A DNA stretch of 64,000 nucleotides, taken from the NCBI RefSeq assembly GCF_006345805.1, contig NC_043013.1, positions 22,382,001 to 22,446,000 on the forward strand. The letters are read 5' to 3'. The translations under genes were made by a program, and so were the position numbers. Every line of letters starts with the position of its first letter. The first letter of the stretch is position 1. This stretch comes from Octopus sinensis (taxonomy: Eukaryota). Of this stretch, positions 26,900 through 41,425 are shown in pieces. The notes below the pieces were generated by a model, which saw only the letters and a program-made list of their open reading frames with translations, searched no databases and was not told the DNA's origin.

Positions 26900-27812
26900 A
26901 ACGCTCTGAAATCATCAGAACACCTGAACTTATCCAACAAGTTCAACAGACCATTGCTTACACTCCCAGTCAATTGCAAAAGAGCTCCATGTATCAGAAG
27001 GAACAGTCAGAAATGTTGTCCACGAAGACATCAGATACAAGTCTTAAATGAAGAGAAAAGGTCAATTTGTTAGAAAAAGCAAATCATAAGTGGAAATGCG
27101 AGTTGGCGTTTCTGTTAGGCATAACTGATTTAAAAGTCTCTTAAACAAACTGAAGTATCCAGCAGATTTGATTTGGTTTTTCTCAAACCAAAAATACTTC
27201 GACCAAGATCAAAAAGTTAACAGAAGAAATGACAGATGGTTGTGTGCAGACCCTTCTGAAGTTCCAAGTGTTATGCATACAAAATTTCCTGCAACTGTCA
27301 GGGTTTTAGGGATTTGCAGCAATGAAGGACATGTTATGCTTTCTTATTTCTTTTCAGGTCTTCGAGTTACCTCTGCCGCTAACATTGAGGTCCTGAAAAT
27401 AATTGTTAAACCCTGGATAGACATTGTATGCAATGGAAGGTTGTATGTGTTTCAGTAAGACTCTGCACTATCACACATGGCTCTTGTAACACAGGAATGG
27501 ATGGCTGAAAATTTTCATGGTCACACAACTCCTAATATTTGGCCTCCTAATTCCCCAGATCTCAATTCATTGGACTATTACATGCGGAGCGTTGTTGAGA
27601 AAGAGGTCGATGAACACGCCCATAACACCAAAGCTTGATTCGAGCATGGAGAGGATTTAGATCTCATACAGAAGCAGCTGTTGAAGATGAAGGTGGCTTC
27701 ATTGGATAACATTATAGAAGAGAAGCATTTTTAGATAAATACAGTTATCTGTTATTATATATCTGTTTCTTTATAAACATAAATCTGACCTCGAATACCT
27801 TACATACCCGGT
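26900..27812 (+). mobile_element. Degenerate maT/DD37D-like transposase remnant in GPCR intron 2
   Basis: RTPELIQQV.., FSNQKYFDQDQKVNRRNDRWL, VFQ*DSA, IWPPNSPDLNSLDYY. Confidence 0.7.
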
Positions 27813-27830
27813 ATATGTGTATGTATATAT

Positions 27831-27891
<61 letters not shown>

Positions 27892-27928
27892 TTATTTCGG
27901 CATGTTGGTGTCTTTTAGACACCCTCAT

Positions 27929-27994
<66 letters not shown>

Positions 27995-28013
27995 ATGTAT
28001 ATATGTATGTATG

Positions 28014-28044
<31 letters not shown>

Positions 28045-28078
28045 ATACATACATAATATATATGTGTGTGTATATATA

Positions 28079-28203
<125 letters not shown>

Positions 28204-28258
28204 CATATATGTATACATATTTATACGTACATGCAAACATACATTCATCCATACATAC

Positions 28259-28580
28259 ACTGGTGGAATATACCAGTGAAGACCTCAATAAAATGTAAGC
28301 ACAACAGGCCTGATATAATGATTTGGGATTGAGAAGAGAAACTGTGCACAGTTGTGGAAATTAGCTGCCCAGCTGATGTTAACATAAAGCTAAGGATCAG
28401 TGAAAAAGAGAACACCTATGCTGAACTATTGAGAAATCTGCAGTTACTCTATCGAGATTACAAGTTCCAGGTTTATATCTGTAATTATTGGGGGCCTGGG
28501 ATATGCAACACTGCCTAAATACCAATCTTGAGAAATTAGGCTTCTCAAAATCAGAAAGGAGAAAGCTAATTCGAAGACTA
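28259..28580 (+). mobile_element. REL-endonuclease fragment of an R4/NeSL-like LINE
   Basis: [45 protein letters not shown]. Confidence 0.7.
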
Positions 28581-28618
28581 CATACATACATACATACATA
28601 CATACATACATACATACA

Positions 28619-28650
<32 letters not shown>

Positions 28651-28771
28651 CATGTTCGTACATCTCTGACAAAATATATTAATCTCTGATCTCAGACTGA
28701 AAACCATAAATAGTCACATTGATTAATACACAGACATATCTGGACAATCACAGACACGATGTCCTGCTTAC

Positions 28772-28862
28772 CTATGGCGCTAAATATATTCACAAAACTC
28801 GAAACAAATAAATCAGCAAAGGCCAGGTTTACCAAAAATATGTTCTCCGTTGTTCTCAGCTT
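28772..28862 (-). CDS. GPCR coding exon 2 (ICL1 + TM2; 91 nt)
   Basis: Acceptor CACCAG| then KLRTTENIFLVNLAFADLFVSSFVNIFSAI-G (TM2 LAxAD motif); donor G|GTAAGC, phase 1. Confidence 0.9.
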
Positions 28863-29398
28863 CTGGTGGAGAAAAACCAATGAATAGATTAATAAAGAGT
28901 ATATTTCAAACAACTTGGGAGGGGGGGAGGCAAGTTTGTTTATATATGAGATGGAAAGAGAGGGAAGAAGAGACACAGTATAGGTCTGTGTAAGATGAAA
29001 CGCCCAGAAATTCAATTCATCTGTAATTTTTTTGGTCATAGTGGTTGTATGAGACAACCTGGTAATATTTCATACCTCAAAGTTGACAAGCTGGCGGAAT
29101 CGTTAGCACGCCGGCATTTTGTCCGTCTTTACTTTCTGAGTTTGAAGTCCACAGTGGTTGACTTTGCCTTTCATACTTTGGAAGTCGATACAATTAACTG
29201 CCTGTCGAAATAGTGGAAGGTGATAAGACCGACTAATGCCGCAGTTGCCTAAAATCGATGGCCTTGCGCTAACGTTTGAAACAATAGGATTAAACTGTAT
29301 TATACTGGAAGCGCTGACACAAAGTACATGGCGTGGGTTTCATTTGATTTGTAAATGTTGTCTTACTTCTCGAGAACAAAAGAAAAATGTTTTAAACA

Positions 29399-30466
29399 GT
29401 GAGTAAGGCAGTTGGCGTCGCGAGTAAGGCGGTTGGCGTCGTGAGTAAGGCAGTTGAGGTCGTGATTAAGGCAGTGTGCGTCGTGTGTAAGGCAGTTGGC
29501 GTCGTGATTAAGGCAGTGTGCGTCGAGATTAAGGCGGTTGGCGTCGCGAGTAAGGCGGTTGGCGTCGTGAGTAAGGCAGTTGACGTCGTGATTAAGGCAG
29601 TGTGCGTCGTGATTAAGACGGTTGGCGTCGCGAGTAAGGCAGTGTGCGTCATGAATAAGGCAGTTGGCGTCGTGAATAAGGCAGTGTGCGTCGTGAGTAA
29701 GGCAGTGTGCGTCGCGAATAAGGCAGTTGGCGTCGCGAGTAAGGCAGTTGGCATCGCGAGTAAGGCAGTTGGCATCGCGAGTAAGGCAGTTGGCGTCGTG
29801 AGTAAGGCAATTGGCGTCGTGATTAAGGCAGTGTGCATCGTGAGTAAGGCAGTTGGCGTCGCGAGTAAGGTAGTTGGCGTTGTTAATAAGGCAGTTGGTG
29901 TCGTGAATAAGGCGGTTGGCGTCGTGAATAAGGCAGTTGGCGTCGCGGGTAAGGCAGTTGGCGTCGTGTGTAAGGCAGTTGGCGTCGTGAATAAGGCAGT
30001 TGGCGTCGTGATTAAGGCAGTGTGCGTCGTGATTAAGGCGGTTGGCGTCGTGAGTAAGGCAGTTGGCGTCGCGGGTAAGGCAGTTGGCGTCATGTGTAAG
30101 GCAGTTGGCGTCGTGAATAAGGCAGTTGGCGTCGTGATTAAGGCAGTGTGTGCGTCGTGAGTAAAGCAGTTGGCGTCGCGAGTAAGGCAGTTGGCGTCAT
30201 GAATAAGGCAGTTGGCGTTGTGAGTAAGGCGGTTGGCGTCATGAATAAGGCAGTTGGCGTCGCGAGTAAGGCAGTTGGCATCGTGAGTAAGGCGGTTGGC
30301 GTCGTGAATAAGGCAGTTGGCGTCGCGAGTAAGGCAGTGTGCGTCGTGATTAAGGCAGTTGGCATCGTGAGTAAGGCAGTGTGCGTCATGATTAAGGCAG
30401 TTGGCGTCGTGAGTAAGGCAGTTGGCGTCGCGAGTAAGGCAGTTGGCGTCGCGAGTAAGACAGTTG
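29399..30466. repeat. 21-bp minisatellite, about 51 units (GTAAGGCAGTTGGCGTCGTGA)
   Basis: Direct inspection; interspersed unit variants. Confidence 0.95.
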
Positions 30467-30529
30467 CAACTCATTTGCTAGTTGACACCTACCAGTGTCT
30501 GATGATTTAAATCCTCCACTGTGCCGCAA

Positions 30530-31085
30530 TAACCTTCAGGCCGTTAGTCTAGGACTTCGCCTTGTCGGTTATCCAACGTCCTGCTGTCGACGTCTTTCCC
30601 GACCCCCTTTCTTTTACGCCGAACTGCGTCGGAGAGAGATGAGCCGTGATGGTCAGAGGTTGCTGTACAGGTATGTACAGAAGGGACATATTAAGAACCC
30701 CAGTATCTCCCCCAGACACTTGAGAGGAGATGGCCAAACGGTGCAAGGAATGAAACCGATCGTTGAAGGTCATAACTCCAGCCGTTGAAGAGAGAATACA
30801 AAAGAGCACCTGCGGGGCGTCACTTATCGTTGCGTCAAGTAACTCCACCAGTAGCAGATGTCATCGCTGCTGTGGATGATGAGCAGGCCTTGTAGTCGAC
30901 ATGCGAAGAGATTGCCAGAGGTGATTTCTGGAAAAGAATGGTCAGCGTCGCCCCACGTCGGAAAGCCGAGGGCTTCACGCGAACACAGTATTTACTAGTT
31001 CGAATTCTATGCTTTGAAGACGACTCTTTGTTTAGAGGAAATTTGCAGGGAGAGATTGAATTTCTGTCCAATATATCGATATACA
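30530..31085 (-). mobile_element. Possible degenerate CRE-clade RT fragment
   Basis: GC-richer island; HLSPTQFGV resembles the CRE/R2-type L.P.QFGV motif. Weak, by-eye similarity only. Confidence 0.3.
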
Positions 31086-31086
31086 C

Positions 31087-31087
<1 letters not shown>

Positions 31088-31178
<91 letters not shown>

Positions 31179-31243
31179 TAGACCGACAGACAGACAGGCA
31201 GGCAGACAGGCAGGCAGACAGACAGATAGATAGATAGATAGAT

Positions 31244-31277
<34 letters not shown>

Positions 31278-31278
31278 T

Positions 31279-31312
<34 letters not shown>

Positions 31313-31404
31313 CAGGCAGGCAGGCAGGCAGACAGACAGTCAGACAGACAGATAGATAGATGATAGATAGACAGATAGACAGATAGACAGATAGACAGAT
31401 AGAC

Positions 31405-31489
<85 letters not shown>
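31088..31489. repeat. (GATA/GACA)n microsatellite
   Basis: Direct inspection. Confidence 0.95.
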
Positions 31490-32779
31490 TGTTTATTTAT
31501 TAGCCACACAGGGCTGCACACAGACGGGACAGATTACAAAGAGCTTTTCTTTTTAGGGAAAAAAATAGGTGGGATAGGTTTTCGATCAAAAGGGATCGTA
31601 AAAAGGAAAGAAGAAAAAAAGGAAACAAAAGAAAAAAACGATCAATAGGGATCGTGTATCACAGTGTCATGATGTAAGGTGTAAAGGGGGAAGCAGATGA
31701 GGTTTATCCGGGGGAAGAAAAGCCTACGGGAAAGACCATGGTAACCTCGGTCAATATTGTTACATGTTACCACATTTGTTTGCAAGTAGGTAACCCTCTG
31801 TTTTAAATTTCCGGGTTCATAGGATTATGCTCAAGGTGGCTTCGTCCTTCATACGTGCCATCCTTGCTACATTCACTCAGCAATGGCCCAGTGGTTAGGG
31901 CAGCGGACTCGCGGTCATAGGATCGCGGTTTCGATTCCCAGACCGGTCGTTGTGAGTGTTTATTGAGCGAAAACACCTAAAGCTCCACGAGGCTCCGGCA
32001 GGGGATGGTGGTGATCCCTGCTGTACTCTTTCACCACTCTTTCTCTCACTCTTACTTCCTGTTTCTGTTGTACCTGTATTTCAAAGGGCCGGCCTTGTCA
32101 CTCTCTGTGTCACGCTGAATATCCCCGAGAACTACGTTAAGGGTACACGTGTTTCTGGAGTGCTCAGCCACTTACACGTTAATTTCACGAGCAGGCTGTT
32201 CTGTTGATTCGGATCAACCGGAACACTCGTCGTCGTAACCGACTGAGTGCATCCCACATTCACTCATCTTTTTTTAAAACATTCGCTAGACAAAACTTGC
32301 CTCTCTACTCTCACTTTCCTTTTCAAGTGATACTTGAAGAAGTTGATGAGAGATTGACCAGAGAGGAAAGTGTTTGTCTCCAATCCTTTCAGACGCGTCC
32401 ACCAGATACATTATTTCGCCATAGCCACAAGGATGATGAAGATAGCTCTTCCTTCCCGTTTGAAGGAAGGAGGCGTGACAATATTGACGATAAACTCGGC
32501 TGATAAACTGATTCGTCCCACACGTGACAGCAGTCGTTCGACATTGGCCCACAGGTCGGAAATTGTTGGACACTGCACGAGTGCGTGCAGAACAGTTTCG
32601 TCGCTCTGACCGCATCTCGGGCAGGTCGGCCCCGTGTTTCTCGAGCCGTGTCTGTAGAGCTTATCCCGAACGGGTAGCGCTTCTCGGTAGCACTGCCAGG
32701 CCAGGGATCTCTGGAAGTTGTCCATTGGCCCTGGCCCGAAAATCATCCTGAACAGGCGGGTTAGGTATTCCTCGTCGAC
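31490..32779 (-). mobile_element. Tx1/L1-clade LINE 3' fragment, copy 1 (interrupted by a SINE)
   Basis: zf-RVT-like WQCYREALPVRDKL..CPRCGQSDETVLHALVQC, stop at 31817-31819, AATAAA-rich end; both ends abut (GATA)n. Confidence 0.8.
31880..32255 (+). mobile_element. SINE family A nested in Tx1 copy 1
   Basis: 11-bp TSD ACATTCACTCA (31869-31879 / 32256-32266). Confidence 0.88.
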
Positions 32780-34242
<1,463 letters not shown>

Positions 34243-34659
34243 GATACAGACAGACAGACAGACAGGCAGTCAGTCAGGCGGATGGACGAACAGATTTTAA
34301 TTCAAAAAAGGCTCTCAGCTATGTTTAGTCTTGATGTGCTAATCACGTCTAGTGTTATTTCGTGTAAGCATAGGAAAAGAAGAGGCTGCATTAGTTTGTG
34401 GTGTTTACTGGACACAACGAGGAAGAAATCAGATGTACATAAAGTTCCATTTTCCATTTCTCTTTTATTTAAATTCTCGCAGCCATTCGGATTTTATATT
34501 ATGTTGATTTCTTTGCTCCAGATTTCTACCCAGAATTGTCTTGCTTCAGCATCTGACATATCTCTCCCCTCATGTTTCTCTTCTATTGTTCAGATGTTTA
34601 TAGAATTTTATTCCGTTGTTTTCTTCTGTTGGTACTGATTTGTCCTCCGTTGGTATACT

Positions 34660-34865
34660 CTTTACTCTTTTACTTGTTTCAGTAATTTGACTGCGGCCAT
34701 GCTGGAGCACCGCCTTTAGTCGATCAAATCGACCCCGGAACTTATTCTTTGTAAGCCCAGTACTTATTCTATCGGTCTCTTTTGCCGAACCGCTAAGTGG
34801 CGGGGACGTAGACACACCGGCATCGGTTGTCAAGCAATGCTAGGGGGACAAACACAGACACACAA

Positions 34866-34912
<47 letters not shown>

Positions 34913-35077
34913 TACGACAGGCTTCTTTCAGTTTCCGTCTACCAAATCCACTCACAAGGCATTGGTCGGCCCGGGGCTATAGCAGAAGACACTGCCCAAG
35001 ATGCCACGCAAGGGACTGAACCCGCAACCATGTGGCTGGTTAGCAAGCTACTTACCACACAGCCACTCCTGCGCCTA
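34660..35077 (-). mobile_element. SINE family B
   Basis: Reverse-complement copy. Confidence 0.8.
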
Positions 35078-35363
35078 TCTCTTTTTTTTTACACAACACC
35101 TTGCGCTTTCGTCTTAATTCTTCTTTTAACTACCTGCAGTCCTTTGTGTCTCATGTTGTACTTCCTTTGCAGTTCCATCTTGTGTCTTTCTCTTACCCTC
35201 TTCTTTTCTATGATTGCATGTATCCATCCAAGGTCTTACTTGCGCAGTTCGATTTAGTTCCCGAGTCTTCGTTCCCACCATGGGGCTTTGTCCTTTGTTT
35301 TCCATTTACTTTCAACCCCAAGGGCCAAGAGTTTGTACAGCAACAGAAGCTACGCAGTATATA

Positions 35364-35765
35364 GGCGCAGGAGTGGCTGTGTGGTAAGTAGCTTGCTAAC
35401 CAACCATATGGCTCCGGGTTCAGTCCCACTGCGTGGCATCTTGGGCAAGTGTCTTCTGCTATAGTCCCGGGCCGACCAATGCCTTGTGAGTGGATTTGGT
35501 AGACGGAAACTGAAAGAAGCCTGTCGTATATATGTATGTATATATATATGTATGTGTGTGTTTGTGTGTCTGTGTTTGTCCCCCTAGCATTGCTTGACAA
35601 CCGATGCTGGTGTGTTTACGTCCCCGTCACTTAGCGGTTCGGCAAAAGAGACCGATAGAATAAGTACTGGGCTTACAAAGAATAAGTCCTGGGGTCGATT
35701 TGCTCGACTAAAGGCGGTGCTCCAGCATGGCCGCTGTCAAATGACTGAAACAAGTAAAAGAGTTT
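35364..35765 (+). mobile_element. SINE family B
   Basis: Direct copy. Confidence 0.8.
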
Positions 35766-35985
35766 AGATCTGCCATCGAGTTGAACCGAAACAGGTTAGC
35801 TTCAGTGCCGACCATGATAAAAGCATTATTTTGATCACGTCATTAGCGTCTTAACCAACGCCGCTAATTAACGTGCAAATAGCGTGCTGTGATGCAGACG
35901 TCACTAATGATACAAGCTCACTGGGAAAATAACTACCATATTCTGGTTGAGTCCGTTTGACTTATGTATGATGTGCCAGTCAACA

Positions 35986-36400
35986 TAGGCGTAGGAGTGG
36001 CTGTAGGGTAAGAAGCTTGCTTACCAGCCACATGGTTCCGGGTTCAGTCCCACTGCGTGGGACCTTGGGCAAGTGTCTTCTACTATAGCCTCGGGCCGAC
36101 CAAAGCCTTGTGAATAGATTTGGTACACGGAAACTGAAAGAAGCCCGTCGTATGTATATGCATATATGTAGGGGTGTGTGTGTGTGTGTTTGCGTGTCTG
36201 TGTTTGTCCCCCCAACATCGCTTGACAACCGATGCTGGTGTGTTTACGTCCCCGTAACTTAGCGGTTCGGCAAAAGAGACCGATAGAATAAGTACTAGGC
36301 TTACAAAGGATAAGTCCTGGGGTCGATTTGCTCGGCTAAAGGCGGTGCTCCTGCATGGCCACAGTCAAATGACTTAAACAAGTAAAGACTAAAGACTAAA
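35986..36400 (+). mobile_element. SINE family B
   Basis: Direct copy. Confidence 0.8.
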
Positions 36401-36954
36401 GGAATCCCAAACGTTTATTTTACTTACAAGAAATAGCAGCCAAATCTTCTCATATCACATTATGTTATTTAAAAATGGAAAAGACAGTGTACAATACAAT
36501 GCCAGATATACAAAAGACATGATGATGGTCACGATCATGTTTGGTGGCGGTTATCTTTGGAGCTGGACAGTGGGGGTGGGGACAACATAATTGTACGCTT
36601 ATCTTGTATTCCACACGATTAACCACAGCATGCTGCAATACACCGAATGATATTCCAAACAGCTTACGTGCTAAAAGTCAGCTTCACCAAAGTGGTGCGA
36701 ATCTAAACAACAACTACAATAATAATAATAAGCTATCAGGGAACGCTGCTGCAAATCGTAAATGAGAGACCAGAGTGAAGGAATTGTTTTGATAGGACAA
36801 TGACAGGTATCGATTATGGTGTGTGATTGGGATCCCGGTAAAAAAAAGTCACAGGTAAAAAAAGTCACAAAAAAAAAGAAATAAGAAAAAAAACATAGGA
36901 CAACTAGAAAGGTGAATTGTTGAATTTTCCCTTTTTTAAGGTTAATATTCAATC

Positions 36955-37357
36955 AGTCTCTTTTACTTGTTTCAGTAATTTGATTGCGGCCATGCTGGAG
37001 CACCGCTTTTAGTCGAGAAAACTGACCCCAGGACTTATTCTTTGTAAACCTAGTACTTATTCTGTCGATCTCTTTTGCCGAACCGCTAAGTTACGGGGAC
37101 GTAAACACACCAGCATCGGTTGTCAAGCGATGTTGGAGACAAACACAGACACACAAACATATACACACACATAAAAATATATGCACATACATATATACGA
37201 CGTTCTTCTTTCAGTTTCCGTCTACCAAATCTACTCACAAGTCTTTGGTCGGCCCGGGGCTATAGTAGAAGACACTTGCCCAAGGTGCCACGCAGTGGGA
37301 ATGAACCCGGAACCATGTGGTTGGTAAGCAAGCTACTTACCACACAGCCACTCCTGC
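36955..37357 (-). mobile_element. SINE family B
   Basis: Reverse-complement copy. Confidence 0.8.
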
Positions 37358-38305
37358 AAAATTGATGGTAGATCAATGAGTTACGAATACTTATGTCTAA
37401 TCAAATGAGACAAATGTCATAAATACATTGTATTAGTGAATATGACGCCAGCTAAACTTTTGTCAACCATTTTACGCACCAATATCGAAAGATCTGGTTT
37501 TCTTCCAATAATCTTTAATTATGTCATAACACGTTATAATACTGGTTTCAAATTTTGGCACGAGGCCAGCAATTTCGTGCAAGTTGGGTAAGTGGATTGC
37601 AAGAACCTCAGAGTTTAACTGGTACTTATTTTGTCGACCCTCTAAAGGATAAAAGGTAAAGTCGACTCCGATGGCATTTGAACTCAGAACGTAAAGTCCG
37701 AAGAAATGTCACTTAGCATCTTTTCCGGCACGGTAACAATTCCGTCAGCTCGCCGCCCTAAAACACGTTATGATGTGAACAAGTTCCACTAAAATAGAAA
37801 CTTGGTATTTTATTTGTGCCAGCGAATTGATTCTTATCGTCTGATCTAGAATTGCTGTTTACAAATGATTAAAGCATTTTAAAAAATATTTTACAAATAA
37901 ATCATCTGGAATTCGGTGAAAAAAGTCAGTTAATCCCGTTTATTTTCATTTCTCTTGATATTTGAATTTGTTCAGCTTTTAACCTTTCACTTTACTTTAT
38001 TAAAAATTTCTTCCACTTTCAAAATTTCGTCTTATTGCTTAGATATCCTCAAGTTTACCTTTTCAATAAAAAATTTTTCGAAGTAAAGGATTTATAGTCT
38101 AAATGCACTGAATAAATATGTGTAACTGTGTGGTAAGAAGCTTGATTTACAACTACATGGGTCCGGATTCGATCCCACTGCCTGGCACCTTGGGCAAGTG
38201 TCTTCTACTAAACTGAATCTTGGGTTGGTAGTCGGAAACTGGAAGAAGACCGTCGTATCTATCTATATTTCTATGTATCTATCTATCTGTGTGTGTCTCT
38301 GTGCG

Positions 38306-38337
<32 letters not shown>

Positions 38338-38379
38338 CTTGTGTGTGTGTGTGTGAGTGTGTGTGTATGTAATGTATGC

Positions 38380-38426
<47 letters not shown>

Positions 38427-38439
38427 ATATATATATATA

Positions 38440-38693
38440 TTATCCGAAGTGTACAGTGTTATATATCCTTTACGGCCGATCTTACCAATCGGTTTCACGC
38501 CAGCGGCACGATGGAGTGTCAGGTAACAATCCGATTATGTAACTCTATGCTCATCAACGGTTATAACGACTGCCTCCGATAAGCGCAGAGTCACATAATC
38601 GGATTGTTACCTGACACTCCGTCAAATCCTTAGCGCAAAAGCTATCAGTAAGATCGGCCATAATGGCTATATAATACTGTACACTTCGGATAA
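38440..38693. mobile_element. TA-flanked, largely palindromic MITE
   Basis: About 45-bp terminal arms (TTATCCGAAGTGTACAGT..GGCCGATCTTAC) plus a second internal 34-bp inverted pair (GGAGTGTCAGGTAACAATCCGATTATG). Confidence 0.8.
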
Positions 38694-38859
38694 TACACCC
38701 ACCCTGTTCACAGACATGCGAGTGCATTTTTTCCTGACTTATGGACTCTTAAACGACTTACATACACATACACGCGCGCGCGCGCACACATACATATATA
38801 CATACATACATACATACATACATACATGCATGCATGCAGGCAGGCAGGCAGACAGACAG

Positions 38860-38873
38860 ACAGACAGACAGAC

Positions 38874-38960
<87 letters not shown>

Positions 38961-38981
38961 TAGACAGACAGACAGATAGAC

Positions 38982-39077
<96 letters not shown>

Positions 39078-39094
39078 GGCTAGATGGATAGATG

Positions 39095-39173
<79 letters not shown>

Positions 39174-39213
39174 GGCTAGATGGCTAGATGGCTAGATAGA
39201 TAGATAGATAGAT

Positions 39214-39295
<82 letters not shown>
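38860..39295. repeat. (GATA)n microsatellite
   Basis: Direct inspection. Confidence 0.95.
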
Positions 39296-40112
39296 ATTTT
39301 TTTAAAATAAATAATTTTAATAGGTTCTGCTTCACTACCATCCTCATGTTTGCTCCTATTCTTTTTCTACCTTTTCAAAAAGACACACACTGTACCTATT
39401 GTTAACTGTTTCTTATATGTATTAAACCTCCTGACCACAAAGACCCTCTGAAGAAGTCTAGAGGCACATTCATCATCCAAACTTTATCTGCCCATCACTG
39501 CAGAACACTGAGGAGACGGAGATGGCATGGAGGATTTCGTTGGCTCTTGGCAGAAACGGTCGTAAGGAACTTAGTACCTTCTGACAATCTGATCTTCTGC
39601 TCTCTTCTGTAATATTAGTACGTGTGTGTGTGTAAGTGTGTGTGTGTGTAACACATGGTTATTGCATCTGTATGTAATCTTCTGATACTTTCTATTACTT
39701 TGGAATAAATAGACACACTAGAATGGCTACCGGCTGATGTATGTCGTTTTTGTATCCTCTCCATTTTCTTATTTGCTATATATATATATATATATATATA
39801 TGTCAATAATATATATTGTCAATAATAAATGGGTAAAGTTAATTAATTATTAATTATCAATTTTACCAAGTAGTGTTCAGTGTGTAAAAAGACCATTTAC
39901 GTTATATTTAAAACATTACATTATATAATTAGGGTTCAGTAAAATAATTTACTTTACCACACACCGAACTTTTAGAAATAGCAGCCCAAAAATTTTAGCT
40001 ATTTCCTCTACTATAAGAAAAGTCTCCCAGACAATGTATAAATAATTCACGCAAAATAATTCACGCAGGTATAGAGGGAAAAATAACGAAGGATCACACG
40101 TACATTGATTAC

Positions 40113-40173
40113 TTGAGAACGCCGTTTCTGGATTAGTTGGATATAGAGATCAACATTTCCGTCATCAGCCCAA
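40113..40173 (-). ncRNA. Type I hammerhead motif
   Basis: TTGGG-CTGATGA-[C GGA..GTTG loop CAAC..TCC A]-GAAAC GGC GT T-CTCAA on the minus strand. Confidence 0.6.
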
Positions 40174-40390
40174 GATTTCTTTAGGTTTGGATTTGAGAGC
40201 ACTAAAAATCGAACATACCCGTCCGATATGAGTAATCCCAGACAAACCATCTTCGACCGCTAGTACTAACGAATTCAAAAAGTACGAATGAGACTCTGTA
40301 ACCTCCCTCGTCCACCCACGGTGTGTGGTAAAGTATATATATATATATTATATATATTATATATATTATATATATATATATATATAATAT

Positions 40391-40437
<47 letters not shown>

Positions 40438-40587
40438 TATATATATATACATATATATATACATATATACATATACACATACATACATATACATATACAT
40501 ATATATTATATATATATATACATATATAAATATATACATATATATTTATACATATATATATGTATGTATATATATATGTATATATAT

Positions 40588-40636
<49 letters not shown>

Positions 40637-40639
<3 letters not shown>

Positions 40640-41313
40640 AAGGCAGTTTGTCTGTCTGTGTGTCTGTCAGGTTGTACCCTCACCCTGACCACGGCTTTCA
40701 ACCGATTCTGATGAAACTTGAAACACACATAGCCCAATGTCATAATTCAAAACTAACGCAGCGAAAATTTTGAAAAGTTCCTCCAGTTCTGAAAAAAATC
40801 GATAAATTCGACATGGGGTCGAGAATCTAAGCTTATCATATGCAACACATTTTCCGTTGTAGTTTTCGCAACTTGCAATCGATTTTCACCAAACTCATGG
40901 TGAAGCTTAATGTTACCCTAAGGAACTTAATTCTGACGTTAGTTTTCCATGCAATACCTTACCATCAGAAAAAAATCGATAAAATCAGGCCATTTTGGGA
41001 AATCACGTTCAAATTCATGATGACATATTTTCGACAATATCTTTAACAAATTGGCAGGAATTTTTTTTTAATTCACAGCGAGCATCATGTCTGCTCCAAG
41101 GAGCTATATGGCCATTTTGATTCCAATAGGATACGTTATTACTGGAAAAAATCGGTTAATTACATCATATGTGGCACACATAGCAAACCGATTTTTCTGC
41201 GATATTTTTTTAAATAATAGTTCAATGAGTACAAAAAAGGGTAAAAAGGTAAAGGGCATTGCTTATCGACAAAGTTTCTTACATACCCGGGCAACACCGG
41301 GCTATGCTGCTAG
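40637..41313 (+). mobile_element. Non-autonomous Helitron (second family)
   Basis: 3' hairpin CCCGGGCAACACCGGG + CTAG|T; the 5' TC position is uncertain within the (TA)n tract. Confidence 0.65.
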
Positions 41314-41341
41314 TATGTATATATATATATATATATGTGTG

Positions 41342-41375
<34 letters not shown>

Positions 41376-41425
41376 GAAAAAACAAGTAAAAAATAGAAAA
41401 TGCTAAAATAATTTTATAGTGAACA

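Noticed and set aside
26258-27073. 271-aa plus-strand ORF overlapping exon 3
   Set aside because: Antisense of the exon plus (CATA)n repeat plus a transposase relic; no coherent domain.
29399-30466. CRISPR-like regular array
   Set aside because: Units are contiguous with no unique spacers; eukaryotic context.
29392-30510. 360-aa and 253-aa repetitive ORFs
   Set aside because: Explained by the 21-bp period; no splice or start context; located in an intron.
39500-39570. CTGAGGA..GAAACGGTC hammerhead-like string
   Set aside because: No stem I, and extra unpaired sequence before GAAA.
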